Positions 39,661 through 48,289 of a DNA stretch of 64,000 bases are shown one piece after another (positions within the stretch are counted from its first letter, which is position 1; the number at the start of each line of letters is the position of its first letter). Location of the stretch: contig CAYZZW010000003.1 in the NCBI GenBank assembly GCA_964482955.1, forward strand, positions 68,676 through 132,675, given 5' to 3'. Made by a program: the position numbers and the translations under genes. This stretch comes from an uncultured Treponemataceae bacterium (GTDB lineage Bacteria; Spirochaetota; Spirochaetia; Treponematales; UBA12059). Under the pieces are notes generated by a model. That model worked only from the letters and a program-made list of their open reading frames with translations. It ran no database searches and had not been told where the DNA came from.

Positions 39661-39903
39661 TTACTTCGAGAACTTCCTGATGAGCGTCACCGCGTCTTTC
39701 GTCTCGATGAGCTTGCCGAAGGACACGACCTTCCCGTCGATGACGAGCGCGGGCGTGGTCATGACCCCGTACGCCGCGATCTCCCCGAGGTCCCCGACGT
39801 TCTCGACCTCGACGCCGAGCCCGAGCTCGGCCACCGCCTTCTTCACGTTTTCGAAACTGGCCTGGCTTTTCTTGCAGCAGGCGCCCAGCACTTTGATGGT
39901 CAT
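39661..39903 (-). CDS. Small thioredoxin-fold protein (redox-active disulfide protein 2-like) with a vicinal Cys pair
   Basis: 80-aa ORF, MTIKVLGACCKKSQASFENVKKAV...TPALVIDGKVVSFGK. Size and pattern match the small Trx_3-type proteins. The usual CxxC position reads CCKKS. Confidence 0.75.
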   Translation of the reverse strand: MTIKVLGACCKKSQASFENVKKAVAELGLGVEVENVGDLGEIAAYGVMTTPALVIDGKVVSFGKLIETKDAVTLIRKFSK

Positions 39904-39916
39904 GATATCGCCTCCC

Positions 39917-40162
39917 TTATCCGCAGCACTTGCCGCCGCAGCCGCATTCGTCCTTGACCGACGCGTCGCCGACGTACTGGATGGCGCCGGCGGGGCACTT
40001 GTTGCCGCAGCCTTTGCAGCCCTGTACGCAGCCTTCGGGATACACGACGAGGGGCGAAGGCGCCTTCGCCTTGTCGTAGACGCCGTGGCGGCACATGGCC
40101 ACGCAGGCGCCGCACTCGGCGCAGAGCGAATAATCGATTACCGGGTACCAGGTCTTGGACAT
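39917..40162 (-). CDS. Small 2x[4Fe-4S] ferredoxin-like protein with a Cys-rich tail
   Basis: Track ORF 39917..41137 trimmed to the ATG at 40162 (81 aa). The cluster motifs are CAECGACVAMC and CVQGCKGCGNKCP, and the C-terminus is DECGCGGKCCG. Confidence 0.75.
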   Translation of the reverse strand: MSKTWYPVIDYSLCAECGACVAMCRHGVYDKAKAPSPLVVYPEGCVQGCKGCGNKCPAGAIQYVGDASVKDECGCGGKCCG

Positions 40163-40179
40163 GGCTCTCTCCTTTCGTG

Positions 40180-41184
40180 TCAGACGAACAAGAATCCCAG
40201 GGCGTTGAACGCGTAGCCGATGACGACGATGCCGGCGGCGACGATGGAAACGAAGACGGCGAGCAGTTTCGCCTTCACGACCTTCTTGAGCATGATCATG
40301 GAAGGCAATGACAACGCGGTCACGGCCATCATGAGCGAGAGGATGGTCCCGACCCCGACGCCCTTGGCGTAGAGAGCTTCCGCCACGGGAATGGTCCCGA
40401 ATATGTCCGCGTACATGGGGATGCCGACCGCGGTGGCGATGAGCACGGAAAAGGGATTGCCGGCGCCGAGGACGTTCTGTATCCATGTCTCCGGCACCCA
40501 GTTGTGGATGACGGCGCCGACGCCCACGCCGACGAGGACGTAGGGCCACACTTTGAGGAAGGTCTCCAGCATGCGGTCCCGCGCGTAGACCAGACGGTCT
40601 CTCCGCGTCAGCTCGGGAAGCTCGAGGTCCGCGCCCCCTGCGGGTTTTCCGATGCGGATGACGAACGCCTCCATCCCGAGCTTGTCGATGAGGGTGCCGC
40701 CGACGACGGCCAGCATGAGGCCGACGACGACGTAGGCCACGGCGATGGGCGCTCCGAAGACGCTCACGAGGAGGACGAGGGCCCCGAGGTCCACGAGCGG
40801 CGACGATATGAGGAAGGAAAACGTCACGCCGACGGGAAGGCCGGCGTTCGTGAAGCCGATGAAGAGCGGTATGGACGAACAGCTGCAGAACGGCGTGATC
40901 GTGCCGAGCAGGGCGCTCAGGACGTTGGCCGTGATTCCCTTGAAACGCCCGAGGATTTTCTTCGTGCGCTCCGGCGGAAAGTGGCTCTGGACGTACGAGA
41001 TGACGAAGATGAGCGTGCAGAGGAGGGCGAGTATCTTGACCGAGTCGTAGAGGAAGAACCGGACGCTGGCCCCGAGCCGCGACGAAACGTCGAACCCGAG
41101 CGCGGCGAGCGCCGAACCGACGAGCGCGTCGAGCCACGCCATTCCCAGCACCTGTTTTTGGATGAAGTTCCAGATCACGAGCAT
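40180..41184 (-). CDS. DUF318/ArsP-type permease
   Basis: 334-aa polytopic ORF with the conserved TPFCSCSSIPLF motif of this permease family. An alternative start is Met15 at 41142. The first start overlaps the arsR stop by 10 nt. Confidence 0.8.
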   Translation of the reverse strand: MLVIWNFIQKQVLGMAWLDALVGSALAALGFDVSSRLGASVRFFLYDSVKILALLCTLIFVISYVQSHFPPERTKKILGRFKGITANVLSALLGTITPFCSCSSIPLFIGFTNAGLPVGVTFSFLISSPLVDLGALVLLVSVFGAPIAVAYVVVGLMLAVVGGTLIDKLGMEAFVIRIGKPAGGADLELPELTRRDRLVYARDRMLETFLKVWPYVLVGVGVGAVIHNWVPETWIQNVLGAGNPFSVLIATAVGIPMYADIFGTIPVAEALYAKGVGVGTILSLMMAVTALSLPSMIMLKKVVKAKLLAVFVSIVAAGIVVIGYAFNALGFLFV

Positions 41185-41510
41185 GCGTTCATCTCCTTGG
41201 CGCCGAATGAGGCGGCTTTCCGGCGTCCGGCGTGCGGAGCGGTGAAGGCTTCGAAGACTTTGAGCGCCTCGTCATGGCCGGAGCGCGACAGCGAGTAATG
41301 CGTCCATTTGCCGTCCTGGCGCGAATCGACGAGGCCCGAATCGCAGAGGATCTTCAGATGGTGGGACAGGGTGGACTGCGCGATGTCGAGTTCCTCGAGG
41401 AGGACGCAGGCGCATTTTTCGCCGGAGCACAGCAGCTCCAGGACGCGCAGGCGGTTTTCGTCGCAGAGCGCCTTGAAGATCCGCGCGCCGCGGGCGTAGC
41501 CGGTTTCCAG
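41175..41510 (-). CDS. arsR: ArsR/SmtB-family metalloregulator
   Basis: This is the C-terminal 111 codons of track ORF 41175..42716. The winged HTH is IFKALCDENRLRVLELLCSGEKCACVLLEELDIAQSTLSHHLKILCDSGLV, with the CAC metalloid site. There is no in-frame ATG/GTG/TTG after the promoter. The only candidate is CTG at 41510, 6 nt after AGGAGG, so the start is uncertain. Confidence 0.75.
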   Translation of the reverse strand: METGYARGARIFKALCDENRLRVLELLCSGEKCACVLLEELDIAQSTLSHHLKILCDSGLVDSRQDGKWTHYSLSRSGHDEALKVFEAFTAPHAGRRKAASFGAKEMNACS

Positions 41511-41522
41511 AACGGGCCTCCT

Positions 41523-41576
41523 CGTATCGAAAAACGTCGATACGAGGAGGATAGCGATCACATCGACGATTGTCAA
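41523..41576 (-). promoter_or_regulatory. Sigma70-type promoter plus palindromic operator of the ars operon
   Basis: The minus strand reads TTGACA (41576-41571), a 17-nt spacer, TATCCT (41553-41548), and then the perfect palindrome CGTATCGA-CGTTTT-TCGATACG (41544-41523). The palindrome abuts the AGGAGG ribosome-binding site of arsR. Confidence 0.55.
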
Positions 41577-41593
41577 TGTGAAGCGGGGAAGGA

Positions 41594-42871
41594 TCAGCGG
41601 ATCGCGGCGGCGACCGCGGAGGCGTCCTTGGCGGCCTCGAGCGAGACCGAGAGGTTCGAGAGCGTGCCGACGGGGTCGTGGAAGCCCATCGAGTTCGCGC
41701 TCGCCGTGTAGTCCCAGAACCACTGCGCCTTGCGCACCAGGTCCCGCGCGCGCGCGAGGTCGGGAGACGAAGGCGCGCGTTTCGCGGCGGCCGCGATGGC
41801 CAGGTGGGCGTCGGCCACGGCCGAGCCGGCCCTGGTCTGGGCGGCGTAGACCGCGTCCTGCCGCGACTTGACCTGGGCGACGATCCAGTCCTTCGTCTTC
41901 GACTTGTGGCAGCGCAGGCACGAATCCTCGACGGCCGCGAGCGGGGTCGTGATGTGGTGGCTCCGCATCCCCTTGCCGTCCACCTCGGTCCACGGCATGT
42001 GGCAGGTGGCGCAAGACACTTTCGACTGTCCGTGCACCCCGGCCGAGTATTCCTCGTAGTCGGGGTGCTGCGCCTTGAGGAGGCGGGCTTTCGAGTCGTC
42101 GTGCGTGAAGTCGCCGTCGAAGCCCGCGGGCTTCGTCTCGTAGTAATCCCACGCGGCTTGCGCGCCGAGGCCCTTCGCCCACGGGAAGACGACCTTCGTC
42201 GTCCCCGGCTCGAAGTAGTATTCCGAGTGGCACTGGGCGCACACGTAGGTTTCCATCTGTCCGCGCGTCGCCTGGTCGAAGTCGATGCCGGTCGCCTTCG
42301 CGGCGTCGAGGAAGCCGGGCTGGATCGGGCGGAGCTTGCCCGTCGCCTTGTCGTGGCAGGTGAGGCAGTCGATGCCGGGATGCTCCGTCGAGGTGAATTC
42401 CTTCAGGGGCTTTTTCGCGTAGTCCCAGCCTTCCTTGGCGTAGATGTCGGCGATCGAGCTCGTCTTGCACGACAGGCAGGCGCCCGGGCTCTTGTCGGAA
42501 ACCCGCTTCGTCTTGAGGAGGTCTTCCCACGCGTAGACGTGGCCGCGGTCTTCCGCGTAGTCCTTCGAGAACGGACTGCCGCGGAAGTTGACGGCGAGCT
42601 CCTTCACGAGCCCGACGCGCTGGAACGGTACCGAGCCGCCGTAGCCCGTCGGAGACGGGGCCATGATCCGGTTGTCCGCGTCCATCTTCGCCTGGAGCGG
42701 GAAGCGCGCCGCCCACTGCGCCGCGTTCGGGCCTTCCGCCTCGGGCGTGGCGGCGCCGACCGCGTCGGGCTGCTGGGGAGCCTGCGCCGGTGCCGGTTTG
42801 GGGGCGCAGGACGCGACTGCGAAGGCGACTACCGCTACGGATAGAATCGTGGCTACGCGGCGTTGGATCAT
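41594..42871 (-). CDS. nrfA: Pentahaem cytochrome c nitrite reductase (NrfA-like), probable lipoprotein
   Basis: Track ORF trimmed to Met24 (ATG at 42871, preceded by GGAGGT). The signal/lipobox is MIQRRVATILSVAVVAFAVASC. The haem motifs are CLSCK (the NrfA-specific CxxCK), CLTCH, CAQCH, CATCH and CLRCH. Confidence 0.85.
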   Translation of the reverse strand: MIQRRVATILSVAVVAFAVASCAPKPAPAQAPQQPDAVGAATPEAEGPNAAQWAARFPLQAKMDADNRIMAPSPTGYGGSVPFQRVGLVKELAVNFRGSPFSKDYAEDRGHVYAWEDLLKTKRVSDKSPGACLSCKTSSIADIYAKEGWDYAKKPLKEFTSTEHPGIDCLTCHDKATGKLRPIQPGFLDAAKATGIDFDQATRGQMETYVCAQCHSEYYFEPGTTKVVFPWAKGLGAQAAWDYYETKPAGFDGDFTHDDSKARLLKAQHPDYEEYSAGVHGQSKVSCATCHMPWTEVDGKGMRSHHITTPLAAVEDSCLRCHKSKTKDWIVAQVKSRQDAVYAAQTRAGSAVADAHLAIAAAAKRAPSSPDLARARDLVRKAQWFWDYTASANSMGFHDPVGTLSNLSVSLEAAKDASAVAAAIR

Positions 42872-42958
42872 GGCGACCTCCCGGCGGGCGCGACGGCGGC
42901 CCGACGCCCGAATTCTAGCCGATGCGGCGCCGCGGGGCAAGCGTACGGCCGACGTGGG

Positions 42959-43984
42959 TCACGTGTCCCGGTGGGCGTGGCGGTGGTGGAGGTCGGGATA
43001 ATGCCGGTGCGCGTGCGCGGTTTCCGCGTGCTCGTGTTGGTGCGAATGCGGCGCCGTCGGGACCGATCCGTCCGCGTGGACGTGGTCGTGGTGGCCGTCG
43101 TCGTGCGCGTGGAGGTGCACGTGGGACGTCGCGGCATGCCGGTGCGCGTGTTCGTGGACGACGAGATTCGTGAAGACGATGCCGAGAGCGAGGAGGCCCA
43201 TGGCGACGATCGCGTGGACGGAGACGGATTCGCCGAGGACGGCGAACGCGACGAGGATCCCCCAGAACGGCCCCGTGGAAAAGAGGATCTGGGCCCGCGT
43301 GGCGCCGAGCTGCTGGGCGGACGCCACGTACAGCGCGATGCTCGCGCCGTAGGACACCGCGCCGACGCCGAGCGCGAGGGCGAGCTGCGGGAGCGGGACG
43401 CCGCCTCCGGCGACGAGGAAGCCGAGCGCGAAGTTCACCGAGCCCGCGAAGAGTCCCTTGATGAACGTGATGGTCTTGGGGGACGCGCCGTCCACGAGGG
43501 CGGTCAGGTGGTTGTCCATCCCCCAGCTGACGCACGCGAGCGTGACGAGGAGCGCGGGCGCGAGGCCGCCGAGGCCGTCCTTGACCGACATGACGAGCCC
43601 GGCCGCGAGCGTGAGGAGGACGCCGACGGCGGCGGGCGCGTCCAGGTGGTCCTTGAAGAAGAGGACGCCGAGCGCCGCGGTGGCCACGAGCTCCATGTTG
43701 AGCCACACGGACACGGACGACGAGGCGGCGAGCCCGAGGCCGGCGAGGAGCAGCACGGGTCCGAGCAATCCTCCGAACACGACGATGCCGACGACCGCTC
43801 CTTTTCGCTTCGTGTCCCGCATCCACGAAAGCTCGCGCGTCCGGTTCCGGAGGAGGTACGGCAGGAAGGCGAGGGCGGCGCCGAGGTAGAGGAGCCCCGC
43901 CAGCTGGAAGCCGTTCATCGAGCCGAGGAGGAGCTTGCTGACCGGCGTCGCGACCCCGAAGAGGATTCCCGCGGCCAGCCCCAT
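42959..43984 (-). CDS. EamA/DMT-family transporter with a His-rich C-terminal tail
   Basis: 341-aa ORF with about ten hydrophobic segments typical of the duplicated EamA fold. The last 65 residues contain 23 His (HEHAHRHAATSHVHLHAHDDGHHDHVHADG...HRHYPDLHHRHAHRDT). Confidence 0.8.
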   Translation of the reverse strand: MGLAAGILFGVATPVSKLLLGSMNGFQLAGLLYLGAALAFLPYLLRNRTRELSWMRDTKRKGAVVGIVVFGGLLGPVLLLAGLGLAASSSVSVWLNMELVATAALGVLFFKDHLDAPAAVGVLLTLAAGLVMSVKDGLGGLAPALLVTLACVSWGMDNHLTALVDGASPKTITFIKGLFAGSVNFALGFLVAGGGVPLPQLALALGVGAVSYGASIALYVASAQQLGATRAQILFSTGPFWGILVAFAVLGESVSVHAIVAMGLLALGIVFTNLVVHEHAHRHAATSHVHLHAHDDGHHDHVHADGSVPTAPHSHQHEHAETAHAHRHYPDLHHRHAHRDT

Positions 43985-44086
43985 GACGACGGCGAGGATC
44001 TTCCTACCCGGCCCCTGACGGTTCGCATCATGGCGGCAGTATACACGATCGGACCGGGCCGTGTCGGCGGGCGATCCGATCCGGTG

Positions 44087-47000
44087 TCATTTGCCCCAAT
44101 ACTGGAACGCCGCGTAATAGTACGGATTCGAGTAATCCGTCGGCGTTCCCGCGCCGAGGAGCGCCTTCCATCGCGCGTCGCGCGGCCACGTGCCGTCAGC
44201 CAACGCGTCCCGGGCCGTCCGCATGGCGTCGCGGGGCGAGGCTCCGGACGCGAGCATGGAATGGAAGATGACCATGAACACGCGCGTCGCGTCGTCGGAG
44301 ACCGGCCAGAGGCTGACGACGACGCCGTTGGCGCCCGAGGTCATCCAGGCTTGGGTCAAGCCGATCACGCCCTCGGTGGCCGTCACCTTGCCCATCGCCG
44401 TCTCGCAGGCTGAGAGGACGACGAGGTCCGCTTTCGTCTCGAGCGCGACGATCTCGGCGGCGAGCAGGCTGCCGTCTTCCCGGCGACCCGGGGCTTCGAG
44501 CGACTCGTATGCCTGCCGTTTCGCGGCCGGCACGGCGTCGGGCTGGGTGAGGAGGAGCCGGCTCGTCTCGGGCAGGTCGGGCACCGATTCGCCGTGGCAC
44601 GCGAAGTGGATCGTCTTCGCGTCCGCGAGGCGCAGGGTTTTTCCGTTCGCCGAAAGGCCCGGGCCTCCGAGCTTCTTCACGACGGGTTCAGAGGCCATGA
44701 TCCCCCGGAACAGCGCCGCCTGGGCATTCTTGGGATCCGCGTAATGGATGGCGGCCACCTCGATCGCCTCGCGTTCGGCCCCCGGAAGATCCTCCCATCT
44801 GCGCTCGCGGAAGCCGCGGTCCAGGATGTCCGCGAGCGCCGAGACGCGGCGGGATCCGTCGAGGTCCGCCGCCTCGCCCGCGGACGCGTCCGTGCCGCCC
44901 GACTCCGCGCTTTCCACCGAGTAGTGCGCGCCTCCGAACGCCAACACGGGGACGCGCTTCAGTTTCGAGTAGTCGCGATTCGGGCTCCGGAGCCGCGCGA
45001 GGACGGCGAGGGACGGCGCGTAGGAGGTCGAAAAACGTTGGCCGAACCGCGCGCCCTCGTAAGGCAGCGCATCCCACGGGAGGAGGCAGAGATCGCCGTC
45101 CGGCACCACGACGAGCGAGGATACGTCCGGGCCGAACGACGCCTTCGAAGGAAGGATCACGAGCGCGATGACGGCGAGCCGCTCCGCCGGCCGCGTTTCG
45201 CCGAGTTTCCGCGAACCTTGCACCCAGCGCAGGAGCGAGGCGCGGTATTCGCCGACCGCCTTGTGGAGATCCTGCTCCTTGTCGTGTTCGAAATACTTCA
45301 CGGTACCGTCGCGTTTGGCGATCCACGCGCCCGTGCGGTCTTCCACCGTCGCGTACACGAGCGCCGCCTCGTCGCCGGCGAGGCAGGCGAGCGACGCGCC
45401 CAGGGCGGGCGCGGACGATTCGCGCAGCTCGGCGTAGCGGGGATACCGGCGCCCGAGTTCGGCTTCCAGCGCGTCCACGTCCCGTTCCGCCGAGCGCTTC
45501 GACGACGCGAGCTGGGCCAGCGCGCCGTCCTTCCCGCGGGCCGAGTCCGACAGTTCCCTGAGCCCCGAGGACAGGGCCGCCAGGCGCTCGTCGAGGGCGA
45601 CGCGCCGTTCGATGTCGGCGGCGGAAACCCCCGCCGCCTTGAGCGCGTCGCGCACGGAGAGGTTTTCCATGAAGGTCCGGCCCTTGAGCGCTTCCCACGC
45701 CTCGAGGGCGCCCGCGGGATCGGAAGGCGCCAGCTCGAGCGCGAGCCGCTTCAGGGTGTCGGAGACGTTTTCGGCGTACTGCGTGCGTTCCGCCGAGACG
45801 CCGGCGCGCCTCCGCACGGCGAGCGCCTCGGAGACGGCCGCGCGCAGTTCGGCCATGGCGCGTTTCGGTTCGCCGCCGCGCGCCACGGCTCGGGCGAGGC
45901 CGGCGCGCGCGTACACGGACGACCAGGCGTCGCCCGCGTCGCCGAACAGGGCGAGGGCCGCGCGGTAGCGGGCTTCGGCGCGCGCCGGGTCGGGCGGCGT
46001 CGAGTCGAGCGCGAGGTCGCCGAGGCTCTGCTCGCAGTTCGCCTCGCCGAGCGACGAGCCGTACGCGCGGTAGAGCGGTATCGCCTCCTCGAAGCGCCGT
46101 TTCGCCTCGTCATGGCGGCCGGTCCGGAGCGCGATCTCGCCGAGCCCGTGCAGGCAGTTCGCCGTTCCCAGCGTCGACTTGGTTCTTTCAAAGGCGGCCA
46201 ACGCGGCTTCGTAGCGTCCGAGCGCCTCCGGATAGCGCTTCCGCGCGAGCGACACGTCGCCGGCGGAGCGCAGGCAGTTGGCCTCGCCGAGCAGGTCGCC
46301 CGCGGAGCGGTAGAGCGCGGCGGCTTCGTCGTAACGGGCTTCCGCCTCGGCGTATTCGCCGCGGGCGCGATACAGCTCGGCGATCCCGAACGCGCACGAC
46401 GCCTCGCCCGCCGGATCCTTCGCAGCCGTGCTGAGCGACCGGGCCTCGTCGAACGAGGCGCGGGCTCCCGAGGCGTCGGCCCTCCGCGAAAGGAGCGTCC
46501 CGAGTCCGAGCAGCGCCTGAGCGCGCAGGCGCGGATCGGCCTTCGCGGCGGGATCGGCCAGGACGCCCCGGTATTTCTTCTCCGCGGCCGCGAGGTCGCC
46601 GCGCCTCGTCAAAATGCCGGCCGCCTCGAGCTCGCACGCGAGGACGCCCCCGGGGGCGTTCGCCGAGCGGTAGGCTTCCCGCGCCGCGTTCACTGCCTTT
46701 TCCGCCGCGTCGAAGTCGGAGGTCGCGAGGGCCGCCTGCGCGTCGACGAGCCAGCACGCCGCGACGTCGCCAGGTCGCTTGGCGGCCGCGTACCGTTCGC
46801 GGGCGCGGGCCGAACGCTCGAGCGCACGGGGGAAATCGGCTTCGCGGAGATCGGCGCGCGCGAGTCCCGCGAGGGCGCCGCCTTCGCCGGTCGCGTCGCC
46901 GCTCCGGGCGAAGGCGTCCGCCGCGAGCTGGAAGAAGACACGGGCGGCCGCCGTCTCGCCGAGCGCGAACGCGGCGGTCCCGGACGCGAGGTCCGCGTTC

Positions 47001-48289
47001 GCGAGTCCCCGCGCCGCGCCGGGCGTCGCCGACGCCTTGAACTGCGCACGGGCGTCGTCGAGCAGGGAGAGCGCCTCCCGGTGTTCCCCGGTCGCGTCGA
47101 CGAGCACCGCCAGGGCCAGGAGCGCGTTGCCGAAATCGAGCCGGCGTTCCGGATCGAGCGCGGTCGAAGCCCGGTAGCAGGCGATCGCCTCCCGGTACGC
47201 GGCCGACGCTGCCGCGACCTTGCCCGCCAGGCGGTCTTCGTCAGCGGAACGCTGGAGGAAATACGCCCGCTCGGGAAGGAGGCCGTTCCGTTCGCAGAGA
47301 TCCTCGGCGGCGGCCCACGCCGCGCGCGCCTTCGGAAGGTCTCCGAGGAAAACGCACAGGTCGCCCAGGCGCCCGAGGGCGTCGACCGCGCCGGCGGGAT
47401 CGCCCGCTTCAGAGAGGAATTCGGCCGCGGAGGCGTAGCGCTCCCGCGCTTTCGCGTAGAGCTTCGCCGCGGCGCTTCCGGCGGCCGGCGTCTTGCCCGC
47501 GCGCGCCTCCGGACTCGACGCGTGGGCCGCATCGCCCGCGTTCCGGTACGCGTCGCCCGCAAAGGCGCGCGCCGTTCCTGCCGCGTACGGGTCGGAGGCG
47601 GCAGGCGACGCGAACCCGGTCGCCGCGCGGTCGAAGGCGTCCGCCGCGCCCGCGTGGTCCTTCGACGCCGCCAGGCAACGGCCGATGCCGGCCCACGCCG
47701 CCGCCGTCCCGTAGGCGGCGCCGCCCGGATCGCCGGACGCCTCGTACAGCCCGACGGCGCTCCGGTAGTCGGCCAAGGCCCGGTCTGACGGACCCCACGT
47801 TTCGCCGACGAGCCCGCGGTAGCGGACGCAATCGGCGATCCCGAGCGGCGCCTCGTTGTCGCGGTAGATCGCCTGGGCGCGATCGACGAGGGCTTCCGCC
47901 TTGGCCCGCTCCGCCTTCGCGGCGACGAGGCAGTCCGCGTACACGAGCCTGAGCCACGCGTCAGAGAGCGGGAGGCCCGTGAGATCGCACAACGCGGCCA
48001 GGTTGAGGAAGGCGCGCTCGGCCCGCGCCCGCTCGCCGGACTCGAACAGCGAGCGCGCTGCGTCCGCGGCTTCGGCGATCCATTCGTCCGTAAGGAAGGC
48101 TTCCGCCCCGTCCGCGACGGCGCGGAGGGCGGCGCCCGCGGGCTTCCACGGATCGCCCGCGTCGGCGATGCGCGCGAGGATGGCGCCGTCCCGTTCCGAG
48201 TCCCAGGCCGCGGCCGGGAGCGCGAGGACGAAGGCGAACGCGAGGAGCGCGAGGGTTTTCGCGTAGTTTTCGCGGAACTGCTTCTTCAT
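44087..48289 (-). CDS. Exported TPR-repeat protein with a C-terminal CHAT (caspase-like) protease domain
   Basis: 1404-aa track ORF. I prefer the Met5 start at 48289 (MKKQFRENYAKTLALLAFAFVLALPAAAWD, signal-like). It has many ~40-aa TPR-like units with a recurring LGEANCxxSLGD. The CHAT dyad is intact: IHFACHGE (His codon 44594-44596) and VVLSACETAMG (Cys codon 44405-44407). Confidence 0.9.
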   Translation of the reverse strand: MKKQFRENYAKTLALLAFAFVLALPAAAWDSERDGAILARIADAGDPWKPAGAALRAVADGAEAFLTDEWIAEAADAARSLFESGERARAERAFLNLAALCDLTGLPLSDAWLRLVYADCLVAAKAERAKAEALVDRAQAIYRDNEAPLGIADCVRYRGLVGETWGPSDRALADYRSAVGLYEASGDPGGAAYGTAAAWAGIGRCLAASKDHAGAADAFDRAATGFASPAASDPYAAGTARAFAGDAYRNAGDAAHASSPEARAGKTPAAGSAAAKLYAKARERYASAAEFLSEAGDPAGAVDALGRLGDLCVFLGDLPKARAAWAAAEDLCERNGLLPERAYFLQRSADEDRLAGKVAAASAAYREAIACYRASTALDPERRLDFGNALLALAVLVDATGEHREALSLLDDARAQFKASATPGAARGLANADLASGTAAFALGETAAARVFFQLAADAFARSGDATGEGGALAGLARADLREADFPRALERSARARERYAAAKRPGDVAACWLVDAQAALATSDFDAAEKAVNAAREAYRSANAPGGVLACELEAAGILTRRGDLAAAEKKYRGVLADPAAKADPRLRAQALLGLGTLLSRRADASGARASFDEARSLSTAAKDPAGEASCAFGIAELYRARGEYAEAEARYDEAAALYRSAGDLLGEANCLRSAGDVSLARKRYPEALGRYEAALAAFERTKSTLGTANCLHGLGEIALRTGRHDEAKRRFEEAIPLYRAYGSSLGEANCEQSLGDLALDSTPPDPARAEARYRAALALFGDAGDAWSSVYARAGLARAVARGGEPKRAMAELRAAVSEALAVRRRAGVSAERTQYAENVSDTLKRLALELAPSDPAGALEAWEALKGRTFMENLSVRDALKAAGVSAADIERRVALDERLAALSSGLRELSDSARGKDGALAQLASSKRSAERDVDALEAELGRRYPRYAELRESSAPALGASLACLAGDEAALVYATVEDRTGAWIAKRDGTVKYFEHDKEQDLHKAVGEYRASLLRWVQGSRKLGETRPAERLAVIALVILPSKASFGPDVSSLVVVPDGDLCLLPWDALPYEGARFGQRFSTSYAPSLAVLARLRSPNRDYSKLKRVPVLAFGGAHYSVESAESGGTDASAGEAADLDGSRRVSALADILDRGFRERRWEDLPGAEREAIEVAAIHYADPKNAQAALFRGIMASEPVVKKLGGPGLSANGKTLRLADAKTIHFACHGESVPDLPETSRLLLTQPDAVPAAKRQAYESLEAPGRREDGSLLAAEIVALETKADLVVLSACETAMGKVTATEGVIGLTQAWMTSGANGVVVSLWPVSDDATRVFMVIFHSMLASGASPRDAMRTARDALADGTWPRDARWKALLGAGTPTDYSNPYYYAAFQYWGK

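Noticed and set aside
41511-42716. The long N-terminal extension of the arsR frame (513-aa track ORF)
   Set aside because: It overlaps nrfA on the same strand in a different reading frame and crosses the promoter/operator. Only the last ~111 codons look like ArsR.
44594-47788. 1064-aa plus-strand ORF
   Set aside because: It is antisense to the TPR-CHAT gene. It is repetitive only because it mirrors the TPR repeats, and it has no independent coding signal.
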